Origin: an uncultured Candidatus Saccharibacteria bacterium
GTDB taxonomy: Bacteria > Patescibacteriota > Minisyncoccia > GWC2-36-17 > CAYHJU01
Assembly: GCA_964357175.1 (NCBI GenBank)
Contig: CAYHJU010000001.1
Location: forward strand, 32,871 to 96,870
Direction: 5' to 3'
DNA: 64,000 nt
The translations under genes were made by a program, and so were the position numbers. The notes under the pieces are model-generated. The model saw only the letters and a program-made list of their open reading frames with translations, did no database searches and was not told the DNA's origin. Below are positions 39,500 to 49,156 of the stretch, piece by piece; position 1 is the stretch's first letter, and every line of letters starts with the position of its first letter.

Positions 39500-40582
39500 A
39501 TGAACGCATTTGAAATAACAATTTTAATAATTTTTCTGGGGGCGTTAGCTTTGTTTTGGTATTCAAAAAGATCTTCAAAATCGGTCTCAGATCAGGAATC
39601 TTCTTTGGAAAAAATAAACTCTGTTTTTGACAATAAGTTTGGACTATTTGCCCAGCAACTAAATGATATCAATCAACGAATTGATTCTCGTCTGGCTGAA
39701 GTGGGTACGCGTCTGGATTCGCGCTTGAGAGAAAATAAAGATTCTTTAGACAAAAGCTCACAGGCGGCCGGTTCGGGCATTTTGAGTGTGAGTAAAGAAA
39801 TAGTGCGTCTTACCCAATCTTTAGAATCTATAGATAAAAAGGTGCAAGAAGTATCTTCTTTTCAGGAAATGTTTCGCGCTCCAAAGCTTCGTGGCAGATG
39901 GGGAGAACTGCATCTTGAGCATATTTTAGGGCAATACTATCCTAAAGATATGTTTGAAATGCAACATTATTTTAAAAGCAAAGAGGCGGTGGATGCTGTG
40001 CTCAAGCTTCCCAATGGGCGGCTTTTGCCTATAGATGAAAAATTTCCACGCGAAGATTTTGAAAGAATGATCAATGAAGAAGATGAGATTAAGAAAGCCG
40101 AATTTAGAAAAAGTTTTGTGGATGCCATAAAAAGAGAGATTTCAGATATTGCCAGTAAATATATACTACCAGCAGAAAGCACGACGGACGTGGCGCTCCT
40201 GTTTTTACCGGCCGAAACTATTTTTTATGAGCTCATAAATAATGTCCGCGATTCTGATCTGGCAGAGTTTGCTATGAAAAAAAGAGTTATTTTAACATCG
40301 CCCAACACTTTTTATCTAACAGTGCAAAGCATATCTCACTGGGCTAAGGATGTTCGCATTAGTGAAGAAACCAAAAATGTTTTGAAAAGATTACAGAGGA
40401 TAAAAACGGACGCGGATAAATTGGTAGATGAATTTAATAAGCTTGGCAAACATCTGCAAAACGCCACATCTTCCTTTGATGATTCTCAAAAAAGAGTCGA
40501 GCTTTTAGGCGACAGGGTAGGGAATTTGCTGGAAAAAGATGAATTGAAAGAGGTCGCGGAAATTAAGACGATAGGGGAATAG
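39500..40582 (+). CDS. rmuC: DNA recombination protein RmuC
   Basis: N-terminal TM, coiled coil, K.RG.WGE..L, D....LP....PID.KFP, KYI.P..TTD. Confidence 0.9.
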   Translation: MNAFEITILIIFLGALALFWYSKRSSKSVSDQESSLEKINSVFDNKFGLFAQQLNDINQRIDSRLAEVGTRLDSRLRENKDSLDKSSQAAGSGILSVSKEIVRLTQSLESIDKKVQEVSSFQEMFRAPKLRGRWGELHLEHILGQYYPKDMFEMQHYFKSKEAVDAVLKLPNGRLLPIDEKFPREDFERMINEEDEIKKAEFRKSFVDAIKREISDIASKYILPAESTTDVALLFLPAETIFYELINNVRDSDLAEFAMKKRVILTSPNTFYLTVQSISHWAKDVRISEETKNVLKRLQRIKTDADKLVDEFNKLGKHLQNATSSFDDSQKRVELLGDRVGNLLEKDELKEVAEIKTIGE

Positions 40583-40625
40583 AGGGCATTGACACTCACA
40601 TTTTATCTGCTAAACTTTATTTTGT

Positions 40626-40934
40626 ATGATTGCTGTAATAGAAACAGGGGGAAAACAATATTTGGTTTCTCCTAAGAAAAAAATTAGAATAGAAAAAATT
40701 GAAGCCGAAGAAAATAAGTCGGTTGATTTTGATAAAGTCTTGCTTGTGGTAGACGGTGAGAATGTGAAATTGGGTAAGCCCTATGTTGAGGGCGCAAAGG
40801 TGTCGGCCAAAGTTTTAAAGCAAGGCAAGCTCAAAAAAGTTATAGTTTTCAAATATCACGCTAAGAAGAGGTACCATAAGAAAAAAGGCCACCGCCAACC
40901 ATATACAGAAGTAGAAATAGTATCTATAAAATAA
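40626..40934 (+). CDS. rplU: 50S ribosomal protein L21
   Basis: [24 protein letters not shown]. Confidence 0.96.
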   Translation: MIAVIETGGKQYLVSPKKKIRIEKIEAEENKSVDFDKVLLVVDGENVKLGKPYVEGAKVSAKVLKQGKLKKVIVFKYHAKKRYHKKKGHRQPYTEVEIVSIK

Positions 40935-41024
40935 TCCCGCCCTTTTGGCGGGATTATTGCTTTTTTTAAACATAATTTATACTTTTATCAGGTCTTTAAA
41001 AATCTCAAAGAGAGGGAGGAGAAG

Positions 41025-41471
41025 ATGACACTTACATCACTTGCAATCCTTTGTTTCTTGGCGGTGTGCTGGGTGACGATTTCTGAGAGCATTAAATTTG
41101 CGCGCAGGCTAAAGAATAATCACTCTATTTCAGAGATTAGCTGGCGCAATTTATTCGATGCCGGTTTTTGGCTGGGTCAATTAGTCAATATTGTTTTGAG
41201 TTTTATGGCGTGGCTCCTTTGTGTTGAATGGGGTATTTCTTGGGCGCTTGCTTTTATTGCTTTGGTTCAAATTATTCTGTGCGCAATTTTTTGGAGTACA
41301 ATGCATTGGCCGCGTCTTTTTATGTGGAATCTTGGTATTGTTGTTTTTGGATTGGGCGCATGGATTATGTGGAGCGATAGTTTTGTTTCGATAGCTATTG
41401 TTTATATGGCAGCCTCTTTGATTATTGTAAATATTGCAGGTAGACTCATTTGTCTATTTTCTAAGAAGTAA
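41025..41471 (+). CDS. Hypothetical multi-pass membrane protein
   Basis: GGAGG RBS, several hydrophobic helices, hairpin terminator downstream. Confidence 0.6.
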   Translation: MTLTSLAILCFLAVCWVTISESIKFARRLKNNHSISEISWRNLFDAGFWLGQLVNIVLSFMAWLLCVEWGISWALAFIALVQIILCAIFWSTMHWPRLFMWNLGIVVFGLGAWIMWSDSFVSIAIVYMAASLIIVNIAGRLICLFSKK

Positions 41472-41698
41472 CAAAAAAATCCCGCTCAAAAGCGGGATTT
41501 TACTTTATATATATTTTATTTACGAACATTTGAAACGCGAAATTATAATTTGTTGGCAAGCCCGAATGCTGTGATGATAAACAGAACTTAATTAAAAGTT
41601 TAAAGTGAAAAATTAAAAGTTGAAGTGCAAAGTTTAAAATTTTTAACTTATAACTTTAATTTTTCATTTTTAATTTTCCACTTTCTACTTACTATTTG

Positions 41699-42289
41699 CT
41701 ACTTTCTATTTTCCATGGCGCTCAACATTGTTTCTTCGTCTGTGTATTCTATTGCGCCTCCCGATGGCAGTCCTCGGCCGATGCGCGTTATTTTCACTGG
41801 ATATTTTTCCAGTGATTTTTTTAAATAAAGCGAGGTAGCTTCTCCGTCTGTTGTTTGGTCAAAGGCTAAAATTATTTCGGATTTTGGATTTAGCGAAGCG
41901 ACTCTTTCTAAAAATTCTTTTATATGCAAAGACGCCGCTTCTTTTTTTGAGGATATCGTTCCGCCTAAAATATGATAAATTCCTTTAAATCTCCCAGTGG
42001 CTTCTATCGCCAGGGCGTCTTGTTCTTTGGCGACCACGGCTACAATTTTTTGGTCGCGGTCTGAATTTTCACAAAAAATACACTTATTAAAACTCGCCTC
42101 AAAATGCATAAAACACTTTGGGCACACTTTGATAAAAGTTCGAGCTTCATTTAGAGCCTGGACGAGCTGTTCCTGAGACGTCTTGGATTGGCTTAAAAAC
42201 CAAAACGCGATGCGAGCCGCTTGATGCGGCCCGGCTCCGGGGAATTTTTGGAAGATTTGAATAAGTTTTTGTAATTTTTCAGGAAGCAT
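41699..42289 (-). CDS. recR: Recombination protein RecR
   Basis: PG.G...A.R, C4 Zn finger, G.YH.LGG, GEAT, ITRIGRGLP.G..IEY.D. Confidence 0.93.
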   Translation of the reverse strand: MLPEKLQKLIQIFQKFPGAGPHQAARIAFWFLSQSKTSQEQLVQALNEARTFIKVCPKCFMHFEASFNKCIFCENSDRDQKIVAVVAKEQDALAIEATGRFKGIYHILGGTISSKKEAASLHIKEFLERVASLNPKSEIILAFDQTTDGEATSLYLKKSLEKYPVKITRIGRGLPSGGAIEYTDEETMLSAMENRK

Positions 42290-42294
42290 TTCTA

Positions 42295-43683
42295 TCAAGC
42301 GCTATATTGTTCCGTGGGTTCTACCGGATTTTCGTGTTCCATATCCGGATTTTTAAAAGTGGCGTACTTTTCTTCAAAGTTAAGTATGCACCTGCCAGTG
42401 GGGCCATTTCTGTGTTTAGAAATCAAGATTTCGGAGTCTCTGTTTAAACTGTTGTCTTCTCCGCGCTCTCTATGTATAAAAATTACCAAGTCGGCATCCT
42501 GTTCAATGGATCCAGATTCTCTTAGGTCGGATAATTTGGGCCTGCCACCTCGCTGTTCTATGGCTCGAGAAAGCTGAGAAAGAGCAAGTATTGGTATGTT
42601 TAATTCCTTAGCTAAGCCTTTTAGGGATCTTGAGATTTCTGTTATTTGTTGGACCATATTGTCAGATTTTGTGCGTGCCTGCATAAGCTGAAGATAATCC
42701 ACTATGATAAGCCCCAGATCTTTGTGTTCAGCCTGTAGACGGCGCGCCATAGCGCGCATTTCCATAATATTTGTAGCCGAAGAATCGTTTATGTAGATGG
42801 GCGCTCCTGACAGGCTTGCCAGCGCCTTATTTATTCGTTCAAAATCACCCTCATCTTTTTTAAGCTGTCCGGTGTGCAGTCTCCAAAGATCAACATATGA
42901 TTCTGCTGATATAAATCTATCTACCAATTGCTCTTTGGACATTTCCAAACTGAATATGCCTACAGGAATTTTTTCTTTGACGGCAGCATGCCTTGCTATA
43001 TCAAGAGCGAGAGATGTTTTTCCCAAGCTTGGGCGCGCCGCAAGCACTATCAAGTCGGACTTTTGTAGTCCGGAAAGAATTTTGTCTAAATAATCAAATC
43101 CTGTAGGCACGCCCCTGACCATTCCGCCCTTTTGAAGTTTTTCTATTCTAGAAAAGGCGCCTTCGATTTCATCGTTTATGTGCGAAAAGCTTTTTTGTAG
43201 AGATTTTTGTGAAATTTGAAATATTTTTTGTTCGGCTTTATCAAGCAATTCTTCCACATCCTCTTCTTCCCGAAAGCCCAGTTCGGATATTTCGTATGAT
43301 GCCTGTATCATGTCGCGCATTATTTTTTTGCGCCTTATCATGCGGGCATAACTATCTAAATGTGATGGAGCCACTACAGTGTTTGCTAAAGATGTTAAAT
43401 AGTCAGCTCCTCCCACTTCGTCCAGCTGTCTTTTTTCCGCAAGGCGAGAAGTGATGCTTAAGTGATCTATGGGTTCTTGTTTCTCATAAAGATCAAGCGC
43501 CGCTTGATAGATAAGTTTATTGACCCTGCTATAAAAATCTTCGGGAGTTATGATATTTGCTACTCTGTCCAGGGCTTCTTTGTGCATCATGAGCATTCCC
43601 AAAACGGCCTGTTCAGCTTGTACATTTTGCGGAGGAAGCTGGTTGGCCTTTATAGAGTTTTTTGTAAATTCAAGATTGCTCAT
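42295..43683 (-). CDS. dnaB: Replicative DNA helicase
   Basis: PPQN..AEQ.VLG, AARPSLGKT, DYLQL, LSQLSR, DLRESGSIEQDAD, KHRNGPTG; no intein seen. Confidence 0.97.
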   Translation of the reverse strand: MSNLEFTKNSIKANQLPPQNVQAEQAVLGMLMMHKEALDRVANIITPEDFYSRVNKLIYQAALDLYEKQEPIDHLSITSRLAEKRQLDEVGGADYLTSLANTVVAPSHLDSYARMIRRKKIMRDMIQASYEISELGFREEEDVEELLDKAEQKIFQISQKSLQKSFSHINDEIEGAFSRIEKLQKGGMVRGVPTGFDYLDKILSGLQKSDLIVLAARPSLGKTSLALDIARHAAVKEKIPVGIFSLEMSKEQLVDRFISAESYVDLWRLHTGQLKKDEGDFERINKALASLSGAPIYINDSSATNIMEMRAMARRLQAEHKDLGLIIVDYLQLMQARTKSDNMVQQITEISRSLKGLAKELNIPILALSQLSRAIEQRGGRPKLSDLRESGSIEQDADLVIFIHRERGEDNSLNRDSEILISKHRNGPTGRCILNFEEKYATFKNPDMEHENPVEPTEQYSA

Positions 43684-43733
43684 AAGTATTTATGTCTACA
43701 GGTAATATATATCAATTAAACTTGATCAGCAAG

Positions 43734-44648
43734 TTACAACCATTTTTTATACCTAAAGATAGCGAAGGATATAAATACGCTTAAAGGAGTCAAGATTATA
43801 ATCACTAATGCTTCCAATGGGACGCTCCAATATGATCTATGAAAAACAAAATTATTTGAGAAAATGCTTATCATCAAAGCCGGGGGCATTAAGGCTACCG
43901 ATAGTATAGTTAAAGTTTTTACTATTTTATTGGTGCGGTCAGAGATTAAGGAATTATTGGTATTTTGTAGTGACTCTAGGGTGTCTTTGTAGCTTTCGAG
44001 CAGATTCCACACCTTCATATAATCTCCCAATAAATCTGTAAAAAAAGGCTTTTCTTTCTCATCAAACCACGCGTCACTTCTAGCTTCTAGCGACTCCAGC
44101 GTTCCGCGTTCTGGCTTTACAGTTCTATAAAAATTCAGAACATCACGATGTACAATTGATATTTCTCGCACCATCTCTTCTTCCTGTCCAGAAAAGATGG
44201 CGTTTTCTATGCTCTCGATATTTTTTCCAATGTGATCTAATTCTCGCATAGAGAAAACTAGAAGATTGTGTATGATGTGATAAATTAATTGGCCTGAGTT
44301 TTTACCAAAACAGATTGATCGGTAGCTTTCATCTTTTTCGCACTTATTCCAAATATCTCCCAGCGGCTCTATTTCATTGTAATGAACAGTAATGACCATG
44401 CCCTGAAAAATTATAAAATCAACTTCAGCAGACTGGCTGGCTCTTTTTTCTGGGTTAAAAACAGGGAAATGCATAATCATGTAGAAATAGTTTGGATATT
44501 GTTCAACCGTTGGGCGCATACTTGGCCGACGAAGTTGTTCTAAAACTACCGCGTGTACTCCATGCTCTTTTTTTAAAAATTCTATATCAGAATCAGTCGG
44601 ATTTTGGATATTTATCCAAGTCACGTCTTTTGTTTCAATTTTTTGCAT
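43734..44648 (-). CDS. corA: CorA family divalent cation transporter
   Basis: WINI.NP, RP.VE, N..VK.LT, two C-terminal TMs; GMN motif reads SNN. Confidence 0.8.
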   Translation of the reverse strand: MQKIETKDVTWINIQNPTDSDIEFLKKEHGVHAVVLEQLRRPSMRPTVEQYPNYFYMIMHFPVFNPEKRASQSAEVDFIIFQGMVITVHYNEIEPLGDIWNKCEKDESYRSICFGKNSGQLIYHIIHNLLVFSMRELDHIGKNIESIENAIFSGQEEEMVREISIVHRDVLNFYRTVKPERGTLESLEARSDAWFDEKEKPFFTDLLGDYMKVWNLLESYKDTLESLQNTNNSLISDRTNKIVKTLTILSVALMPPALMISIFSNNFVFHRSYWSVPLEALVIIILTPLSVFISFAIFRYKKWL

Positions 44649-44658
44649 AATTTATTTT

Positions 44659-44792
44659 ACCCCCACACCTAATTGGTGCGCGAAGCATTAAAATTTAGTT
44701 GATAATTTTTTAAAGTGATAATTATATTAATGGGTTATTAAATAATCTATCTCGGCTTCGCGAAAAATTTTGCACCAATTAGGTGTGGGGGT
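44659..44792. mobile_element. MITE-like element, family B, 21-bp perfect terminal inverted repeats
   Basis: acccccacacctaattggtgc / gcaccaattaggtgtgggggt; inner gcgaagc / gcttcgc. Confidence 0.7.
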
Positions 44793-46619
44793 CTATTTTA
44801 ATTTATAAATAAAAATAGATTGACCGGCTCGGGCAAATGGTTTTTCTTGCAAGAGCCACGAATACTCATCGGGGACCTGTCTTTTAAATCCTTTGGTGAG
44901 TTCCCCCGAAACATTTTGTAAAAATGTGGTTGATATCGCAAACCATTTTCCATCATATTTTGGCAAGGACGAATTCCACGCCTCCACCTTCGGTCCCAGC
45001 TCAAAGCGTGGATTTCCTCCGCCAAAATAATCTACTCCTATTTTATCAATAAAATTGCGATCTACAAAGTCTCTTAGCCGATACAAATCCTGCCCCCAAT
45101 CATAATTTGAGTCTACCACATATTTGTATCCGTTAGTTGGCCCTCCAGCTATCTCATTAAAATATGATAAAAACATCGGAGCGCTCAAAAGCGAGCTTAC
45201 AATGTACCAGGCAAGAAGAACCAAGACAATCGAAAATTTTCCGGCATAAGAAAAAGCATGTTTTATTCTTAGCCACATAGCCGTTAAAATATTTTGTGGA
45301 ATATATTCAAGCGTTGTGCGCATCCAGTCAGATAATTTAACGCTTACCAAAATATACATCATCGGGATCAGGGGCATTAAGTGTCTTGCCCCTATATTCA
45401 GATTTGACTTCATGGAGTAGGCCATGTAAAAAATCACGAAGCACAGCAGGGCAAAAATTTCAAAATTTTCTCTTGACCAATTCAGCGTTTTTGTGACGGC
45501 TTGACTGAAGTTTTGCGGCCGTCTTTCCCAGATTAAATAAAGCGAGTAACAAAGTGCCGTAAGCACCATTATTAAAAACGCCAAGGGCTCTTTAAGGACA
45601 TATACCACGGGGAAGTAGTACCACCATCCGGCGTTCGTTACGTCGCCCAAAAAGTAAGCCGTGTTTCCTCCGACGGCTCTTTGCGTAACCATTAAAATGC
45701 CCAAAAAGAATTGCCCCAAGGGGCGCAAGATAGGATTTTTTATCAGCCAAAAATCTAAATCAGCTAAAGGTTTACTGGAAAAAGATTGGAGTATGGACTG
45801 TGCGTCAGAGAGCTGTTTTTCTTGTGGATAATTCCACACATGCGGCATATACCACAAGTTAATAACAACCGCTCCCAATATGCCGATAAGAATTACCCCA
45901 CCGATGATTTTGAAAAATGAGACCCAGCTTTTTTGGTGGGCCATATACCACCAAAGCGTTAAAAAGAAAAAGAATGGTACAAGTAAAAATACAGAAAATT
46001 TGGTGAGCTGTGCCAGGCCGAAAATAATTCCTGCCAATAATAAATTTTGCCAGGAATTTTCCTTCAAATATTTTATAAAAAAATAAGTGGCAATAATTAT
46101 TCCCGCGGCGGCTCCTACATCTGTTGTTACCAAGTGTCCATGCGCTAGTATGGTGGGGGAGAAAGCGTAAAGTGCCAAGGCCAGCGAGGCGGCCCAATTT
46201 CCAGCGATTTTTCTTGTCCAAAAAAATACAAAAAATCCTAAAAGTAGCGTTATTAAAATCGGTCCGATACGAGCCCAAAAAACTATCTGATGCCCGTTGT
46301 TTCCCGACCCCCACAAAAAATCGTGCCCTAATGCCCATTGATCGTTTACATTTTTTTGCCAGGCATCAGTTTGTGTGGGGAAGTTTAAATTTAAAAACTG
46401 AAGCGGCAGTCCTGCTAAATCTTTTATTAAGGGAGGGTGCTCGGGGTTTAAGCGCGCGTCAAAAAATTTTAAATATGAATATCCGGCGGTGATATGAGGC
46501 GACTCGTCGACTATCGCCGCGTCATCTTTAGCGGCTTGAATTAAAAGAATCGCCATCACGCTCAAAAGTAATATCGGAACAACCCAAATTAAATTTTGTT
46601 TAAGTTTAGTTATGTTCAT
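44793..46619 (-). CDS. GT-C fold (PMT/ArnT-like, family 39) glycosyltransferase
   Basis: DE..HI.AG, NPEHPPL.K, HG.LVTTD, K.S, G.RH, DSN.DWGQD; ATG near 46619 preferred. Confidence 0.85.
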   Translation of the reverse strand: MNITKLKQNLIWVVPILLLSVMAILLIQAAKDDAAIVDESPHITAGYSYLKFFDARLNPEHPPLIKDLAGLPLQFLNLNFPTQTDAWQKNVNDQWALGHDFLWGSGNNGHQIVFWARIGPILITLLLGFFVFFWTRKIAGNWAASLALALYAFSPTILAHGHLVTTDVGAAAGIIIATYFFIKYLKENSWQNLLLAGIIFGLAQLTKFSVFLLVPFFFFLTLWWYMAHQKSWVSFFKIIGGVILIGILGAVVINLWYMPHVWNYPQEKQLSDAQSILQSFSSKPLADLDFWLIKNPILRPLGQFFLGILMVTQRAVGGNTAYFLGDVTNAGWWYYFPVVYVLKEPLAFLIMVLTALCYSLYLIWERRPQNFSQAVTKTLNWSRENFEIFALLCFVIFYMAYSMKSNLNIGARHLMPLIPMMYILVSVKLSDWMRTTLEYIPQNILTAMWLRIKHAFSYAGKFSIVLVLLAWYIVSSLLSAPMFLSYFNEIAGGPTNGYKYVVDSNYDWGQDLYRLRDFVDRNFIDKIGVDYFGGGNPRFELGPKVEAWNSSLPKYDGKWFAISTTFLQNVSGELTKGFKRQVPDEYSWLLQEKPFARAGQSIFIYKLK

Positions 46620-46632
46620 ATACATACATTTT

Positions 46633-46753
46633 ACCCCCACATCCACCTTAGCGCAAAGAGATAAAATCGGTGTTGATTCATAGACTGATATTTTGAAATT
46701 AGAGATATTAATATGTGTTGTGGGTGTGGGGCCTGCCTGCCGGTAGGCAGGGT
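46633..46753. mobile_element. Family B element whose right end is split by the 20-bp palindrome
   Basis: acccccacatccac ... gtgggtgtgggg[cctgcctgccggtaggcagg 46732-46751]gt. Confidence 0.6.
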
Positions 46754-46832
46754 TTACTCCCACCGTCGCTTTGGAGCAATTCAACAAAAAACCCGCCCCA
46801 TTCATTTAAAATGAATGGGGCGGGTTTAGTAA

Positions 46833-47177
46833 TTATTTGACGGAGCTTAATATCTTTTCAAAAACCTTCGGTTCTTTGTTGGCGAGTTCGGCGAGAATTT
46901 TTCTGTCCAATTTCACATTATTTTTCTTGAGCTGGCTTATGAATTTACTATAGCTCAATCCTTGTATGTGGCTTGCGGCATTGATCTGTATATTCCATTT
47001 GGCGCGCGCGACACCTTTCTTTTTGCGGCGATCGCGGAAAGCATAGCTCCAGGCGTGCAGAAGCGCTTCTTTGGCGGCGCTTTCTTTGGTGCTTCGTCTC
47101 AATAAAAATCCCTTAGTGTATTTTAAGGTTTTGCGGCGTCTTTTGATGGCGATATTGCCTCTTTTTACTCTTGTCAT
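46833..47177 (-). CDS. rplT: 50S ribosomal protein L20
   Basis: MTRVKRG, AFRDRR.KK, W...INAA, LDRKILA. Confidence 0.96.
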   Translation of the reverse strand: MTRVKRGNIAIKRRRKTLKYTKGFLLRRSTKESAAKEALLHAWSYAFRDRRKKKGVARAKWNIQINAASHIQGLSYSKFISQLKKNNVKLDRKILAELANKEPKVFEKILSSVK

Positions 47178-47192
47178 ATTGTATTAGAATCT

Positions 47193-47222
47193 TCCGCCCG
47201 AGGCGGACCAGCCTTGGGCTGG
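47193..47222. repeat. 30-bp double palindrome TCCGCCnnnGGCGGA + CCAGCCnnnGGCTGG
   Basis: tccgcccgaggcgga ccagccttgggctgg between rpmI and rplT. Confidence 0.8.
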
Positions 47223-47233
47223 AGAATTTAAAT

Positions 47234-47428
47234 TTATGTCGTTAACGATCTCAATATTCTGGAATTGGTTTTTCCTACGCTGTATTCTTTGCTTTTTCTT
47301 TGTTGGACAATCGAGCTTTTTTTTGCGCGAAAATGATCCACTCCCATTTTGCGGCGCATCATTTTGCCTGTGCCTGTGACTTTAATTCTTTTTGTAACTG
47401 CTTTTTTGGTTTTTAGTTTTCCGTTCAT
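47234..47428 (-). CDS. rpmI: 50S ribosomal protein L35
   Basis: KLKT.K...KR.K.TGTGK, H...KK; between infC and rplT. Confidence 0.93.
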   Translation of the reverse strand: MNGKLKTKKAVTKRIKVTGTGKMMRRKMGVDHFRAKKSSIVQQRKSKEYSVGKTNSRILRSLTT

Positions 47429-47433
47429 ATTAT

Positions 47434-47943
47434 TTATTTAGTGGCGGATATTATCATCGATAAGATTCTGCCTTGCTTGATTAATCCTTGTTCAACTTTA
47501 GTCTTTAGTATAAACATTGATAGCAAATCGTCAAATTTTTTACGCGCTATATCCTGGTGAGCGTTTTCTCGCCCATGAAGCATCAGATCGATTTTTACTT
47601 TGTGCCCTTCTTTCAAAAATTTTTCTGCTTGTCTGACGCGGGTCTCCATGTCGTGCGGTGAAGAAGAAAATCCGATACGAATAATCTTTACTTCTGACTG
47701 CTTGGAATGTTTTTGATTTCCTTTTTCTCTCTTGCTAATCTCATAGAGGAATTTTCCATAGTCTGTAATTTTTGCCACAGGAGGATTGGCGGTAGGAGAT
47801 ATTTCCACCAGATCCAGGCCTTTGCTCTGGGCAACTTTTAACGCCTCATAAAGAGGCATTACTCCCAACGCTTGGTTTTTTTCATCCATCACACGAAGCT
47901 CGAGAGCCCTTATTTGCTGATTTTTTCTATAAAATTTTGCTAT
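47434..47943 (-). CDS. infC: Translation initiation factor IF-3, probable ATA start
   Basis: N.QIRA..LR, LDLVEISP.A.PPVAKI.DYGK, FL..G.KVK, GRE. Confidence 0.92.
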   Translation of the reverse strand: MAKFYRKNQQIRALELRVMDEKNQALGVMPLYEALKVAQSKGLDLVEISPTANPPVAKITDYGKFLYEISKREKGNQKHSKQSEVKIIRIGFSSSPHDMETRVRQAEKFLKEGHKVKIDLMLHGRENAHQDIARKKFDDLLSMFILKTKVEQGLIKQGRILSMIISATK

Positions 47944-48032
47944 ATCTATTGTTTTTTTAAATTGTAACGAGGTGTCCGCCCAAGGCGAGACACTCAATTT
48001 TTCAGCCAATCACTAAAGCTCTTGGGAAAAAT

Positions 48033-48052
48033 TGGTGGAGATGGAGGGAATT
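48033..48052 (-). repeat. Direct duplicate of the tmRNA 3' end
   Basis: ggtggagatggagggaatt at 48034-48052 equals 48187-48205. Confidence 0.85.
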
Positions 48053-48186
48053 CTCCTCACCCGATATTTTGCACGTTCGTTCCAAACAGGCAAAATATCT
48101 CCTTCGGAGCCGGGGTTTTTTAAAAATCAAAGCAGTTTGATTTTTAAAAATACCCTTCAATTCCCTCAAGTTGTTAAGGGAATTTC

Positions 48187-48565
48187 GGTGGAGATGGAGG
48201 GAATTGAACCCTCGTCCAAAAATGATGGACAACCGATTTTAGAAGCTTGTTCCCATTAGTTTTGTACATTGCGTCTTTAAATAGGAAAAAATGTGCGCAA
48301 CGCTTGCCTTTGTTTGTTTAGAGCCAACAATTAAGGCAAATGATTGGCTCGAACCTGTTAATATAACACCGCTTGAACTTAACAGGTATGGGTTAAAGCG
48401 ATGGCTTTCACGCTAAATTAGGCAAAAGCAAGCACGGGAGTAGCAAAAGCTACGCGCGCTTTTGAGAATAAGTTTGCACTTATTGGTGATCAACTTTTTA
48501 CGAAGTGGTTGATCGGCTTCGGCTTCAACGATTGCTTGCTATTTCTGTCGAATCAAAACATCCCC
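48187..48565 (-). ncRNA. ssrA: tmRNA; tag peptide ANLFSKARVAFATPVLAFA* (48477-48418)
   Basis: 5' GGGGATG...GATTCGAC, 3' GGTTCAATTCCCTC-CATCTCC-ACC, G3:U70 pair, tag ends LAFA, downstream of smpB. Confidence 0.92.
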
Positions 48566-48574
48566 ATATTTACC

Positions 48575-48594
48575 CCTGCCTACCGGTAGGTAGG
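48575..48594. repeat. 20-bp palindrome copy inside a family B left end
   Basis: acc[cctgcctaccggtaggtagg]cccacacct. Confidence 0.7.
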
Positions 48595-48627
48595 CCCACA
48601 CCTACTTGTGGGTGGTGGCTGGTTTAC

Positions 48628-49071
48628 TTAAAAGAACCTGCCTGATGTAATTTCTCTTTGCGCCTCGCGTTTTTTGATAACCTCTCTTTTGTCGGACATT
48701 TTTTTATGGCGCGCAAGAGCTATTTCAACTTTAATCAAACCTTTCGTAGTATACACTTTGGTTGGCAAAAGTGTCAAGCCGCTCTCCTTGGTTTTTCCCA
48801 TTAAGTAGTCAACTTCCTTTCTTTTTAAAAGAAGTCGGCGCGCTCGTTCCTGGTCATATCCCTTGGGCGCATTTTTCACTTGGTAGGGCGGAACGCTTGT
48901 ACCGATAAGCCAAGCCTCACCGCCACGCACAATAATATAAGACCCCGCTAAACTGATGTGTCCGGTTTTTATTGATTTTACCTCCTGTCCATTCAATTCT
49001 ATTCCTGCTTCAAATTTTTCCAGGAATTGATAATCAAATCCTGCTTTTTTGTTGAAAAATTCCAATTGCAT
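48628..49071 (-). CDS. smpB: SsrA-binding protein
   Basis: NKKA.FDY, EAGI.L.G.EVKS, R.LLL...E, DKRE.IK.R. Confidence 0.96.
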   Translation of the reverse strand: MQLEFFNKKAGFDYQFLEKFEAGIELNGQEVKSIKTGHISLAGSYIIVRGGEAWLIGTSVPPYQVKNAPKGYDQERARRLLLKRKEVDYLMGKTKESGLTLLPTKVYTTKGLIKVEIALARHKKMSDKREVIKKREAQREITSGRFF

Positions 49072-49156
49072 ATTTTTATTGTACAGTTTTTTGTCTGGCG
49101 GTCAAAGAAAATTTAAATCCTTATTGATTTTATTAAGAAAAGTTATTTTTATTCCC

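Noticed and set aside
46620-46805. N-terminal extension of the GT-C ORF (likewise 6635-6676, 36488-36562, 60535-60654, 26942-27088)
   Set aside because: These extensions translate repeats, terminators or overlap neighbouring genes; downstream ATGs fit the families better.
48002-48259. Two ~75-aa ORFs over the tmRNA 3' region
   Set aside because: They overlap tmRNA and its duplicated end.
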